In this document: positions 20,343-30,693 of the stretch, piece after piece
Numbering within the stretch: position 1 is the first letter of the stretch
Layout of the letters: the number at the start of each line of letters is the position of its first letter
From: Leptospiraceae bacterium
GTDB lineage: Bacteria > Spirochaetota > Leptospiria > Leptospirales > Leptonemataceae
Length of the DNA stretch: 64,000 nt
Direction of reading: 5' to 3'
NCBI GenBank assembly: GCA_040217195.1
Contig: JAVJNR010000005.1
Span: forward strand, 192,001 to 256,000
The notes under the pieces: generated by a model
Database searches by the model: none
The model's input: only the letters and a program-made list of their open reading frames with translations
Told to the model about the DNA's origin: nothing
Program-made: the position numbers and the translations under genes

Positions 20343-22265
20343 TCAGTCTTTGTCCAGAACGTCAAAATAGGGCGGCGCTGAATTACCGGCCAGATCCTTT
20401 ACCTGAATGCTCAGATAGGACCCTCCTTCGCCAATCCAGATTTCCGGTACACGAATTCGAAGCATGGATCTATCCCCGGCCCATTCAAATCCCACAGGAA
20501 TTCCATCCAGGAATACCGCTGTAGTATCTCGATCAATCCAGGATTCTCGATCATAGATATCGTACTGCAACAAACGAATGGGATTCGCTTCATCCTGGAT
20601 CTGAACCAGATCATCTTCCGGCCGCTGCCAGGCAAAGGATGGATGAATCACAGGAGTACCGGTGTCACGCAGTACGGCAAAGATTCCCCCACGCTTCAAT
20701 CTAAGTCGATAGAAGGCTCTGGTTTCGGTTTCCTGGTAGGGTTTACCCATCCAGTCCCATTTCCCGGTGGAAGGATTCCAGAGATAGAGTTCTTCATCGG
20801 CATGCTTTTTTTCAATCTGGCCAGAAATATACATATAACCGGAGATTACCAGGTCCCGGGCATCGAATACAAAGGTCCTTACTCCATCAGATGGTTCTTT
20901 AAGACCATCACTGGCAGGGGGCAATGCGCGAATCCATTTTGGCTCAAGAATGCGAGCCCTTGCCAGGCCTCTCTGAATGCCTCCTGGAATCTGAATGGTT
21001 AAGACCAGTCCCTGCCCCTGATAGCGAAAGCTGGCGGCTGCGAAGGGCTGCAATGTGCGAAACGGCACTGATGTTTCATGCAACAGAGGATTCTCTTCTT
21101 CTGTACTGGCCGGTTCCTCTGGAGGATGTGCCGGCTTTTCAGTCTTTAAATCTGCCTGCGAAGACTGCCCGATTTCAAAAAACAGCCTGGCCCGGTTTCC
21201 CGAGCTATCCAGTACTTCCACCAGAAATGTACCTGAATCCAGTTCCCTGCGATTCCTTCTTAATGTGTCGTAAAGGTAGTAAACGTATTCATCGCCTATG
21301 GCCGTCTTTTCCGGATCGTAAAATCGATCGGCGGTTCGCAGATCCGCCGTAGCAATTCCATCCAGTTCCATTTTGTACAGGGGTGACTCCTGCAATTCAG
21401 AGGGCAAAGAATTATAGAGTTCTGGACCTATCTTCTTTTTTCCCAGGGCATAGAAGCGTACTCCATGCACCCCATTGCGATTCAGTGCGGCCATGGTATC
21501 ATAGGTCCCTATTCGATACTCTGCAGATGGTAAAGCCCGGGGCTCTGCCAGTACATATGAGTCTACAGTATGACCTTCCGTGGTAAACTTTCGATGCACA
21601 TGCTTGAGCGCAAAGGCTCGGGTGCGAGTATGAAGCCTGATAAGTGTAGGTGCGGTAAAGTCCTGTATAGCTCTTTCTGGATCTTCCAGGGGACTGCGAA
21701 AGTAACCGCCGGCGCCCACTTCAAAATGTAAATGGGGAGCTCCAGATCCGCTTTCTCCGCTTCGTCCAATGGTTTGCCCTTTCTTGAATGAGAAATAGGC
21801 AGGAAGATTCACCGATGCTCGATTCGTCGGATGCATCAGAAACAAAGCCAGTCGGAGATACTCCAGCTGAGGATGCTCACCCATAAAATCATGCATATGA
21901 CCGTACGTAAAATGCCGTCCATCGGCGGAGGCGAGAACCAGGCCATTGCCGTATCCAACCTCGGACGTATAGAGTCGGGCCGCAGTCATATCCTCCACAG
22001 CCTTAATGGGAATTCCATTTCGATTGAACGTCTTATAATCCAGCCCATGATGAAATCGGCCACCGGATCGATATTCACCGAAGCTACCGGAGATATGAGG
22101 AAATTCGATGGGATGATTGGAGCCCACCAGATGACTCTGACGGGCCTTTCGCACTTCCGGAGGCAATTTCTGACCGCAATCAGCGATCAGAAAAAGCAAA
22201 AATAAAAAGGACCCTGCCTTGCGCTTAGCTTCAGTCCGGGACGTTAAAAAATGAGACCATTTCAT
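20343..22265 (-). CDS. M23-family metallopeptidase, probable lipoprotein
   Basis: SFGEYR..RFHHGLD (HxxxD), GYGN, PHLHFE (HxH); ADC lipobox-like site. Confidence 0.85.
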   Translation of the reverse strand: MKWSHFLTSRTEAKRKAGSFLFLLFLIADCGQKLPPEVRKARQSHLVGSNHPIEFPHISGSFGEYRSGGRFHHGLDYKTFNRNGIPIKAVEDMTAARLYTSEVGYGNGLVLASADGRHFTYGHMHDFMGEHPQLEYLRLALFLMHPTNRASVNLPAYFSFKKGQTIGRSGESGSGAPHLHFEVGAGGYFRSPLEDPERAIQDFTAPTLIRLHTRTRAFALKHVHRKFTTEGHTVDSYVLAEPRALPSAEYRIGTYDTMAALNRNGVHGVRFYALGKKKIGPELYNSLPSELQESPLYKMELDGIATADLRTADRFYDPEKTAIGDEYVYYLYDTLRRNRRELDSGTFLVEVLDSSGNRARLFFEIGQSSQADLKTEKPAHPPEEPASTEEENPLLHETSVPFRTLQPFAAASFRYQGQGLVLTIQIPGGIQRGLARARILEPKWIRALPPASDGLKEPSDGVRTFVFDARDLVISGYMYISGQIEKKHADEELYLWNPSTGKWDWMGKPYQETETRAFYRLRLKRGGIFAVLRDTGTPVIHPSFAWQRPEDDLVQIQDEANPIRLLQYDIYDRESWIDRDTTAVFLDGIPVGFEWAGDRSMLRIRVPEIWIGEGGSYLSIQVKDLAGNSAPPYFDVLDKD

Positions 22266-23097
22266 CCAGATGCCTGTGGAATCGAGTTTCCGGATTGAGA
22301 GGATCCAGAACCCACTTACCATCGGCCACCAGCATGTACGGATAATCTCCGGGACGCAAGTGCAATCTCAATCGAAATACACCATCCTCACCTTTCTGAA
22401 AGAAGTGGGTTTCCGGATTCCAGTGATTGAATTCCCCAACGAGAGATAGATTTTCAATACTTTCCTGGAAAGTCCTTTGCTCCAGGATTCGACTGTGCAC
22501 CGCAAATTCAACAATGCGCTCTCGACCGGCCTGCCTTTGCTTTAGAACTCGTACGGTGGCCAGCTCATTGGGATATTCACGCTCCAGAAAGAATGTTGAG
22601 ATATATCCGCCCATCCCATCATCTTTACGATTCGGATGAGTGGGATCATGCTGCCAGATGCCATCTACTCTAAACCGGTATTCGTAGCCTCTTACCCGAT
22701 GTCCCTCTTCCAGCTCTCTTACAGGAATCACTAGATAAAACACCCCCTGAGCATTTCGTTTCATTGGCACCGGTTTCCAGTTACTGAAATCTCCTGCCAG
22801 GTGCACATGCCGGGCTCGGTAGTCCTGATAGGTGAACAGAATGCCGGTACGACTGGGATTTGAGCTGACTGCATATTGCTCCCAGTCCAGCAAATGAATG
22901 TAACGAGGTGCTATGGCCTTCCGGAGCTTCTTCAGATTAAACGTGGTGTAGCTGCGAATCTGCTCAACATCGGCGGTTTCCAGTCCGGACTGCTCAGAGT
23001 TATAGGAAACGATCCCATCCGGCTCTCCCTGAAGACCTGCCAGGGCAAGAATGGAAAAAAGAAAAATGAACTGTACAGCATTTCTGGGCTTTAGCAT
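22231..23097 (-). CDS. Exported protein with two CBM48/AMPK1 glycogen-binding-type domains
   Basis: Two copies of the V.LxGxFxxW ... YxF.VDGxW..DP.xP motif; signal peptide. Confidence 0.8.
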   Translation of the reverse strand: MLKPRNAVQFIFLFSILALAGLQGEPDGIVSYNSEQSGLETADVEQIRSYTTFNLKKLRKAIAPRYIHLLDWEQYAVSSNPSRTGILFTYQDYRARHVHLAGDFSNWKPVPMKRNAQGVFYLVIPVRELEEGHRVRGYEYRFRVDGIWQHDPTHPNRKDDGMGGYISTFFLEREYPNELATVRVLKQRQAGRERIVEFAVHSRILEQRTFQESIENLSLVGEFNHWNPETHFFQKGEDGVFRLRLHLRPGDYPYMLVADGKWVLDPLNPETRFHRHLDEMVSFFNVPD

Positions 23098-23261
23098 ATG
23101 AGATTGTGTCCTTTGCGTGTGAGGCGTTCTTTATCATGAGTCCAGCATTCCAAATTCATTCCGATTTCAAGCCCTGGAAGAAGTCTCATTTTTTCAGGAG
23201 CGCCACTGCTATATAGTGTCGATAATTCTACTGGAATCGCTGAAGTAATTCTTACTTTATC

Positions 23262-26200
23262 ATGGCAGATACAGAAACAGGAGACAGTCGCAACGAGCAA
23301 ATCGAGGAACTGCTGGGGGACCTGGATAGGGATCTCACAGAGGTCATTTCCCCGCTGGAAGATCAGTTCAAAGAAGATCTGATGGAAATCCGGGGAGAGG
23401 ATCCCGATTTGCAGAGCATTGAAGACGGAATGAATGCCGGGGATGACCCGGAAGGCTCCGGCGCGGAGTTCGATGATGACATTTCCGACGATTCCCAGGA
23501 ATCCGGAGAGGCGGCCGAGGCAGATCCATTCGCCGGTCTGGACCTGGGCGGAGAGGAAGCAGCCGATCCCCTGGCAGATACCTTGAGCGACCTGGATTTT
23601 GGCGGCGAAAGCCCGGCCCCGGAATCTTCCGAAGATGCAGGCCTTTCTGATCTAGATGATCTTATGGGCGGCATGGACGAGCCGGCCTCAGACGATGCAG
23701 GCCTGGATTTCGGTGAGGAAACCGCACCAACCGATCCTGGAGCAGATCTGGGGGATTTTGGTCTGGATTCAGGCTCCGAAGAACCTGCGTTTGAGGATTT
23801 AACCGAACCACTGACTACAGAAACGGAAGGATCTTCCGAAGACCCATTCGCAGACCTGGGAGACTTTAATGCCGGGCCAGCCGCAGAGGACACCGATGCG
23901 GATCCATTCGCAGATATGGGAGCCGGTGATCCGTTTGCGGACAGCTCCGGAGGCGGAGGTACGGATGATTCTGGCACTGACCTGGGCGGTGGAAATGCGG
24001 ATTTCGGGGCCGACCTGGGCGGTGGAGATGCGGACTTCGGGGCTGACCTGGGTGGTGGAGATGCGGACTTCGGGGCCGACCTGGGTGGCGGAGATGCGGA
24101 CTTCGGGGCTGACCTGGGTGGTGGAGATGCGGACTTCGGGGCTGACCTGGGTGGTGGAGATGCGGACTTCGGGGCTGACCTGGGCGGCGGAGATGCGGAC
24201 TTCGGGGCCGACCTGGGCGGTGGCGCAGATCTAGGTGGCGGAGCCGATGATTTTGCCGCTGATCTGGGCGGTGGAGAAGATCTTTCCCTCAGTTCAGGAT
24301 CTGGAGATGATTTTGGAATGGATCTGGGCTCCATGGATGACATGGGCCTGGATAGTTCCGGTACCGGAGATGAAGAGGCCGGTAGCGCACCGGCCGCACA
24401 GGAAGATCTGGGCGGACTGGAAGACCTGGGTAGCTTCTCCAGCGGCGATCTGGAGGATATGGCCAGCCAGGCTCAAATGTCCCAGGGGATCGGCGAAGAG
24501 TTCACAGACGAAGAACTGGCCTCCATCCGTACCGAGATTGTGGACTTTCCGCAGGAATTGCGAAAAGCCATTATCGATGCAGTAGTTAACGAAAAGCTTT
24601 CTCATCCAGACCAGCGAATGCTGATGAATATGATCGTGGATCAGGCAGATCCAGATCAAATAGCCGACTTTCTGGAACCCCGAATGGGATTTCGTCCGGA
24701 CACAGCTCCTCCGGATGTGCGAAAAGACGGCGTACCGATCATCTATGCAGATGAGTTCTCTCCCGAGGCCCTGGGGCGAAAACGACTTAGAGCCAAATTT
24801 ATGCTTCTGGGCCTGGGCGGTGTGGTTCTTGGTTTACTGGGTGTTTTCGGTGGACTTCTATTGTACAGGAGTCTTTCCATCCAGGGACTCTATGAAAGCG
24901 GGCTGGAAAAACTGCAGGAGGCCCGCCAGGCAGGACCGGACCAAAAAGCTGAGCTTGCGGCAGAAGCGGAAAACTATTTTCAGAGAGCCCTGGAAGCAGA
25001 TGATGGTGTATACGACGTTGAATATCTAAACCGTTACGGCATCGCCTATCTAAAGGCTGGCTACTACGATGATGCATTCTACAAACTATTTGGAAAAATT
25101 GAACCCGAGTACCAATGGAATGATCCTGCTTTTCGCGCGCCATTGATCAATGTTGCCGAAGGTTCTCGCTGGTACGGACCGGGAGAACGAAAGGAAGGAT
25201 ATAAGACTACTTTCGTGGATAAAGATAAATTGCCCCGAGAGGTGCAGATACCCGGTGCTTACATAGTTTCCAGATTGCGCGACCAGGAAATGGATCGGGA
25301 GAATCTGATGGCTCTGGGCAGATTTCACTCTCATAATTCCAGACGATTTCTATCCACCGACGAGGGTCAGAAATACAAGAACGATCAACTGGGAATCGAC
25401 TACTACCGTCTTATCACTACACTGCTTAATCGACCCACCGATGCAGAAGCCCTGGCTGGTATAGGTAAGATTCATTATAACCGGGAAGAGTTTGGGGCCG
25501 CCGCCCGTAAATACAATGAAATCCTGGAAACCCATCCAGCTGAAGTGGAAGGTCATGCAGGCCTGATCAATACCTATATAGAACTCTGGGAACAGGATGG
25601 CGATCCCAGATTTGTGATCGCAAGACATCGGGAAGCGCGTAGACTGGGACTGGAAGAAGAGCTTCCAATCTACGTATTGACCAAACTGGCTGGCTTCTAC
25701 ATAGACCTGGACCCCACTGATTTACGAATCAAATATCAGGTAGATCCTGTAGATGCGGTATCAGGTTACGATCTGGATCAGAACGTAGTGCATCTTCTTA
25801 AGATCGTTTTTGATAAGGAAGAAAAACGAGATGAGGAAATAGTTAAAGGTTCTGAATACGGAGAAGGATTCTTTCAACGGGGCCGATATTTATTGTCCAG
25901 AGATGAAAGCGCTCGAGCCATGCGTCAGTTTGAAAATGCTGTAAGAACCGATCCCTGGCATTATCCGGCTCTTACAGAAATGGGCGAATACTATCAATCG
26001 GTTCTGGACTTTCCCAGGGCGGAGCAATACTATAGAGCAGCCCTTCAGACCCATGAGGCCCATCGACAGGACTACGGAAATAGACCGGAAGATGAAACCC
26101 TTATGGATGGCGATATTGGCAAGATCTACTTCAACATTGGTTCCCTGCTCTATCTTCAGAATGCTGGCGGCAGCGATCCCACTTTAATGCCACGACCACG

Positions 26201-26873
26201 CATCTATCCTTTCCGGTCCGAAAGAGCTGAAACAGAAGAAACGGCCAACCGTCGGCAGCAGCTTCTTCAGGCAGCGGAATATTTTGATACAGCTCTGGAA
26301 AAGAATCTGAAGGATTCGGACTCCATTGCAAGAGCCCATTACCGAAAAGGCTGGATTAGATACATGAGCGCCGACTTTGAATCAGCGCTGAATGAATGGA
26401 ACAAGCTGGATTCAAGTTACGATGCAGTGCATGAGGATCGTTCCATTCTTATGGGGCGAGCCAATGCAGCCTATCATGAGGACCAGCTAAGCTATAGCCT
26501 GGGAAATTATCTAAAGCTTAAAGATGAACTGGAAACGGAATCTATTCGAATCTCCAGTCCGGATCCTCAGAATCGCTCACATCGTCTGGTGTATTTGCAG
26601 CTTACGCAGGTTTACAACAATCTGGGAGCGGTCTATGAAAAGCAGTACATGGAAAAGAAGGAAGCCGGCGCTTCTCAAAACGTGCTGGACAGTCTCCAGG
26701 AACAATCTATGAGCCATTACTGGAAATCTGTGGAAACTGCAGGTCTAATTGATCTACCGGCTGAGATTCCCAGACAGAATATTCAACTTAGCTTTCCCAG
26801 GAACGGACAGAGAGAACCTTTGCTAGATGAATGGCTCAATCCTATGCTTGAAGAAGTGGAGCCAGAACTGTAA
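23262..26873 (+). CDS. flcA: Periplasmic flagellar collar protein FlcA-like (acidic N-terminus, one TM helix, TPRs)
   Basis: Long Asp/Glu-rich cytoplasmic region, FTDEELASIR...P.ELRKAIIDAV segment, TM helix, periplasmic TPR repeats. This architecture matches spirochete FlcA. Confidence 0.7.
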   Translation: MADTETGDSRNEQIEELLGDLDRDLTEVISPLEDQFKEDLMEIRGEDPDLQSIEDGMNAGDDPEGSGAEFDDDISDDSQESGEAAEADPFAGLDLGGEEAADPLADTLSDLDFGGESPAPESSEDAGLSDLDDLMGGMDEPASDDAGLDFGEETAPTDPGADLGDFGLDSGSEEPAFEDLTEPLTTETEGSSEDPFADLGDFNAGPAAEDTDADPFADMGAGDPFADSSGGGGTDDSGTDLGGGNADFGADLGGGDADFGADLGGGDADFGADLGGGDADFGADLGGGDADFGADLGGGDADFGADLGGGDADFGADLGGGADLGGGADDFAADLGGGEDLSLSSGSGDDFGMDLGSMDDMGLDSSGTGDEEAGSAPAAQEDLGGLEDLGSFSSGDLEDMASQAQMSQGIGEEFTDEELASIRTEIVDFPQELRKAIIDAVVNEKLSHPDQRMLMNMIVDQADPDQIADFLEPRMGFRPDTAPPDVRKDGVPIIYADEFSPEALGRKRLRAKFMLLGLGGVVLGLLGVFGGLLLYRSLSIQGLYESGLEKLQEARQAGPDQKAELAAEAENYFQRALEADDGVYDVEYLNRYGIAYLKAGYYDDAFYKLFGKIEPEYQWNDPAFRAPLINVAEGSRWYGPGERKEGYKTTFVDKDKLPREVQIPGAYIVSRLRDQEMDRENLMALGRFHSHNSRRFLSTDEGQKYKNDQLGIDYYRLITTLLNRPTDAEALAGIGKIHYNREEFGAAARKYNEILETHPAEVEGHAGLINTYIELWEQDGDPRFVIARHREARRLGLEEELPIYVLTKLAGFYIDLDPTDLRIKYQVDPVDAVSGYDLDQNVVHLLKIVFDKEEKRDEEIVKGSEYGEGFFQRGRYLLSRDESARAMRQFENAVRTDPWHYPALTEMGEYYQSVLDFPRAEQYYRAALQTHEAHRQDYGNRPEDETLMDGDIGKIYFNIGSLLYLQNAGGSDPTLMPRPRIYPFRSERAETEETANRRQQLLQAAEYFDTALEKNLKDSDSIARAHYRKGWIRYMSADFESALNEWNKLDSSYDAVHEDRSILMGRANAAYHEDQLSYSLGNYLKLKDELETESIRISSPDPQNRSHRLVYLQLTQVYNNLGAVYEKQYMEKKEAGASQNVLDSLQEQSMSHYWKSVETAGLIDLPAEIPRQNIQLSFPRNGQREPLLDEWLNPMLEEVEPEL
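23997..24224 (+). repeat. Coding minisatellite: 7 x 33 bp (ADFGADLGGGD) in flcA
   Basis: Units GCGGAYTTCGGGGCYGACCTGGGYGGYGGAGAT start at 23997 and every 33 bp to 24195; the last copy is truncated and degenerate copies flank the array. Confidence 0.97.
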
Positions 26874-26891
26874 AAGGAAAAAAGCGGCAGA

Positions 26892-27752
26892 CTACTTCTG
26901 AGCAGCCTGCTTTAGCTCTTTTCGCTTTCGACGGTTAACCTTGATGGCCCGAAAGAAAGTCTTGATATAGAATCCGTACATTGCGAACCAACGAATCAAA
27001 TTCATGGGTCGCACCAGGGTTCGCCAGAACCAGCTCAATCCACGAACCTGAAAATAGTCCGGAGCCTTGCGTTCCATACCGGATAGAATATCGAATGCAC
27101 CATCCACACCGATGACCACTGCTCGAGAAACACTTTGAATGTTTTCCCGTGTCCATAGCTCCTGGATTGGAAAGCCCATTCCCACAAAAATGATGTCAGG
27201 CGATGACTTTCGCAGGGATTCTTTGATTCGCTCTCCCCGCTCTTCGTTGAAATAGCCACCCTGTCGGCCAATGATGCGAACTCCAGGAAAGCTACGAGTT
27301 AGATTTAGAAACACCTTTTCCAGATATTCCATGCGAGAACCGAGCAAATAGATAGTAAATTCACGCTTCACACTCAGTCGAATTACATCCATCAGAAATG
27401 CAATCATTGGAATGCGTTCTTTGAGCGGAGTTCCCAGCTTTCGCGCAGCCCAGGGCAACCCGGATCCATCTGCAAGAATTAAGTCGCTGTCCCGTGCAAT
27501 GAAGGATAGCTTTTTGCCCGGGCGAACCTGCATCAATTTAACAGGATCTGCAAAAAATACGAAATGGGGGCCATCCTTTCGCTCCACCATATCCATAATT
27601 CGTGCCACGGCTTCATCCCGATTGACGTTATCTACTGGAACATCCAGCAGATCTACTTTCTCCAGAGAAGAAAGATCTATGCTCTTGTAATCCAGGAGAT
27701 AGTCTCTATCCTCCCGGGCCGATGCATATGGCTTCACAGTTGCTCCCTTCAT
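26892..27752 (-). CDS. WecB/TagA/CpsF-family glycosyltransferase
   Basis: LILADGSG, PDIIFVGMGFPIQE, IGVDGAFD, RKAP. Confidence 0.92.
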   Translation of the reverse strand: MKGATVKPYASAREDRDYLLDYKSIDLSSLEKVDLLDVPVDNVNRDEAVARIMDMVERKDGPHFVFFADPVKLMQVRPGKKLSFIARDSDLILADGSGLPWAARKLGTPLKERIPMIAFLMDVIRLSVKREFTIYLLGSRMEYLEKVFLNLTRSFPGVRIIGRQGGYFNEERGERIKESLRKSSPDIIFVGMGFPIQELWTRENIQSVSRAVVIGVDGAFDILSGMERKAPDYFQVRGLSWFWRTLVRPMNLIRWFAMYGFYIKTFFRAIKVNRRKRKELKQAAQK

Positions 27753-27929
27753 TTTCCAATCCCGGACCGAAACGGTCGCTATTATGTCTCCATCTGGCAC
27801 AGCGGGCCAGATAAATACAGCAAATTTTTCAGCCAGGCAGGAATTTCCGCCATCGCAGGCCATTCGCCGGTACACCTTATAAGTGGGGCATCTCCGGGCC
27901 TCCGGTCCTGAATCGTATTTGCCAGATTG

Positions 27930-28715
27930 TCAGACTCTGCTTTCGCCAGTCCGGTTCCGGTCCAATGTGGCCGCCCACCCCTCTGCAGAATCCAGTATAG
28001 AGGCGATAACCGCCGGAACCAGCGCCATTTCAGGCTTATTGTCCAGGCTTGCTACGGCAGACAGCACATCCTGCCAGCCAGATGGTGTCATTCCACCAAT
28101 AAGCACCGCCGTTCGATTCCCCCTTCCCTGAGAAAAGAGCGAATGAAAACCGGAATCGGCCATTATTTCCGCCAACTCTTGCAGCCCGAGAGCTGAATTC
28201 TGGTCCCGGGAATTGGTTTTTGAATTTGTAGGATAAACCGGGCCCAGAGCAACGTAAGACCAGTGGATGGCATCCGAAGCCAGGGCTTCGGTGAACTGTT
28301 CAGCACTGTGAGTAGAACAGCCGGCAATTCCTCCGGATTCCAGGATTTGCAGAAGCATTTGCTCCTCGCGGGGGCTTAGATTCACCAGGTCCGTTTGTCC
28401 TAGATGAATTCCACAGAACCATTCCGAATGATGCCAGGCAACCTCCAGAAAATCATTGGCGATGATGGCAGGACGGCTCAACCAGCGATTTGTGCTGTGA
28501 TCATCCACATGGCAGTTCATCCACACTTGATGTAAGCTCTCGGCCAGGGCTGCATACTCCGGAGCAGAGAGATTCTTGGCCCGCAACTGATAGGGAGCCC
28601 AGCCATATTCTTTCCAGCCGGCCACCACTTCCTGTGGCTTTAAGGATCTGGCTTCACAGGCATCCAGATCCAGGATGGGATAAATTCCGGCCGGGAAAAG
28701 CTGGCTTACCATCAA
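27930..28715 (-). CDS. thiE: Thiamine-phosphate synthase
   Basis: QLRAK, IAND, GIHLGQTD, STHS, GPVYPTNSK, LIGG; downstream of thiS. Confidence 0.85.
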   Translation of the reverse strand: MMVSQLFPAGIYPILDLDACEARSLKPQEVVAGWKEYGWAPYQLRAKNLSAPEYAALAESLHQVWMNCHVDDHSTNRWLSRPAIIANDFLEVAWHHSEWFCGIHLGQTDLVNLSPREEQMLLQILESGGIAGCSTHSAEQFTEALASDAIHWSYVALGPVYPTNSKTNSRDQNSALGLQELAEIMADSGFHSLFSQGRGNRTAVLIGGMTPSGWQDVLSAVASLDNKPEMALVPAVIASILDSAEGWAATLDRNRTGESRV

Positions 28716-28903
28716 CCACCTCCAACGAATCGGATTACTTCCAGTTTGTCCTCTTCCAGAAGTTTTGTGGCCTCCCAGGTCTCCCGACGAACAATCTCTC
28801 CATTTTTTTCCACGGCAACGGTTCTTGGATCCAGGCCCAGGGATTTAATGAAGTCCATGAGATTCTCTGAATCCACAGGATGTTTTTCACCATTAACGAT
28901 CAT
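28712..28903 (-). CDS. thiS: Sulfur carrier protein ThiS
   Basis: 63 aa, VAVEKNGEIV, C-terminal FVGGG. Confidence 0.95.
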   Translation of the reverse strand: MIVNGEKHPVDSENLMDFIKSLGLDPRTVAVEKNGEIVRRETWEATKLLEEDKLEVIRFVGGG

Positions 28904-29010
28904 CTACCTCAAACAAGAAAATGAGATAGGAACTCAGCAATACAAATTTGTTTGCCTGGTAGCCTTCCAGGAATAGAAATGACTGACCGTTACACGGAAT
29001 TGAGGTATCC

Positions 29011-29808
29011 ATGCACAGAAACGCACTCTTAACCCTTTCTACTTACCTGATTTTTTCAGTCTTTTTCCTGCTCTCCAGTTCCCCCATTCTTTCAGAAGAA
29101 CCTCCAGAGCAGAACAATACCGAGGAGGCTACTCAGACATCTGAGCAATCCCCTCCTGCGGAAGAAAAAGGCGAAGCAGAAAATGAAACATCCGGTTCCG
29201 TTCTGGATCTATTGATCAAGGGCGGTTACACAATGATCGGACTTTTATTGATTTCTACTATTATAGCGGCTTTCGCTCTGGAAAGGTACTTCTTCTTTCG
29301 CAGAAACAAACTGAATGCAAAGGGATACTTTGATAGAATCCAACAGGCCCTGCAATCCGGCGGGTTGGATGCACTGGAAAAAGAAATACAATCCGATGAT
29401 TTATTCCTCAGTCGTATATTGAAGGATGGACTGAAGCGTCGAAGTCATGGGCGCCGGGAAGTAGAGAAAGCTATTGAAACCTCGGCCACTGTAGAAATCG
29501 GGAAGCTGGAGCGTGGTTTGAACCTGCTGTCCAATCTGGGTAACCTGGCCCCTTTGCTGGGATTCTTTGGTACAGTAGTGGGAATGCGCGCAAGCTTTCT
29601 TCAATTCGTAGAAAAAGCGGCCCCTACAGCTCGTGACCTGGCAGTGGGAGTGGAAGAAGCTTTAATTACCACGGCCACAGGTCTGTTTATAGCCATGCCA
29701 ACGTATTTGATATACAATCTGTTTATTTACAACATCGACTCGGTTTCCATTGAACTGGAACGCTGCACTGCTGCGGTTCTGAACGCTGTGGACGATGAGA
29801 ACGGTTAA
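29011..29808 (+). CDS. exbB: MotA/TolQ/ExbB proton channel protein
   Basis: APLLGFFGTVVGM, GVEEALITTATGL; N-terminal signal-like extension. Confidence 0.92.
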   Translation: MHRNALLTLSTYLIFSVFFLLSSSPILSEEPPEQNNTEEATQTSEQSPPAEEKGEAENETSGSVLDLLIKGGYTMIGLLLISTIIAAFALERYFFFRRNKLNAKGYFDRIQQALQSGGLDALEKEIQSDDLFLSRILKDGLKRRSHGRREVEKAIETSATVEIGKLERGLNLLSNLGNLAPLLGFFGTVVGMRASFLQFVEKAAPTARDLAVGVEEALITTATGLFIAMPTYLIYNLFIYNIDSVSIELERCTAAVLNAVDDENG

Positions 29809-30215
29809 TGCGAATCAGACGAAAAAGCAGAGAAGCAGATGAGATTCCACTGTCCAGTACGGCGGATATAGCATTTCTGCTAATCGTATTCTTTCTGGCT
29901 GCAAGTGCACTTTTGGAAATGCGTGGTGTGGCCATACCTCTGCCAAAGAAGGATGCTCCTCCCATGGAAATAGAGGAGAAGAATCTTTTTCGCGTGGATA
30001 TTAACAATGCAGGTCAGTATGTCCACGATGGAAAATCAGTGGAACTGGAACAGTTGAAACAGGATACGCAAAACGCTTTCACGGAAAATAAAGACCTGGT
30101 GGTGGTGATTCGACCTTTCCCGGACGCACCAACAGGCAGTGTACCCAGACTGATTCGCATGCTTCAGGAGCTAAAGATCCAGAGAGTCTCTCTGGCAATG
30201 AAGAAGGGAAAATGA
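29808..30215 (+). CDS. exbD: ExbD/TolR family protein
   Basis: SSTADIAFLLIVFFL TM helix with conserved Asp. Confidence 0.9.
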   Translation: MRIRRKSREADEIPLSSTADIAFLLIVFFLAASALLEMRGVAIPLPKKDAPPMEIEEKNLFRVDINNAGQYVHDGKSVELEQLKQDTQNAFTENKDLVVVIRPFPDAPTGSVPRLIRMLQELKIQRVSLAMKKGK

Positions 30216-30270
30216 AAATTTACCGGTCTACATACCAGGGCTTTCGCCTGGGAGGCGCAAAGTTTCACCT

Positions 30271-30693
30271 ATGAAATTTAGAAAGCGCAGAAAAGGAGAA
30301 AGCATACCTCTGGCGGCCATGGGCGACATAGCCTTCTTGCTTCTTGTATTTTATATGGCCACAACCATGGTAACCGATCAAAAGCCCCGAGAGGTGGACG
30401 TTCCCGCGGCCGAAAGTCCATCCCAGGCCAGTCCATTCCCTCTTATTATCTATGTAGATAAAAACCTGGGCGATAAGAATCTGGCCTTCTTCTTCAATGA
30501 AACTGTTGCCATATCCCAGCTTCCATCCCTGGTCCGTCAGAAGGCCAGGGAGGCGCCCGGTCCAGTCCGAGTCTATTTGAGTATTTCCAGGGATCTGCCC
30601 TATCGCACCATGGATTCAGTTATCCAACGGTTAAAAGATGCAGGGATAGAAAACCTGGTAATTACCACCAGGGAAGGAGGCTCGTCTGACTGA
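30271..30693 (+). CDS. exbD: ExbD/TolR family protein (second copy)
   Basis: AMGDIAFLLLVFYM TM helix with conserved Asp. Confidence 0.9.
   Translation: MKFRKRRKGESIPLAAMGDIAFLLLVFYMATTMVTDQKPREVDVPAAESPSQASPFPLIIYVDKNLGDKNLAFFFNETVAISQLPSLVRQKAREAPGPVRVYLSISRDLPYRTMDSVIQRLKDAGIENLVITTREGGSSD

Noticed and set aside
23363..24343. 326-aa antisense ORF with SAPKSASPPPR repeats
   Set aside because: Shadow of the flcA low-complexity repeat on the opposite strand.
28904..29010. TPP riboswitch upstream of thiS-thiE
   Set aside because: The gap is only about 107 bp, is shared with the exbB promoter, and lacks the CTGAGA and CCTGA..GG.AA motifs.
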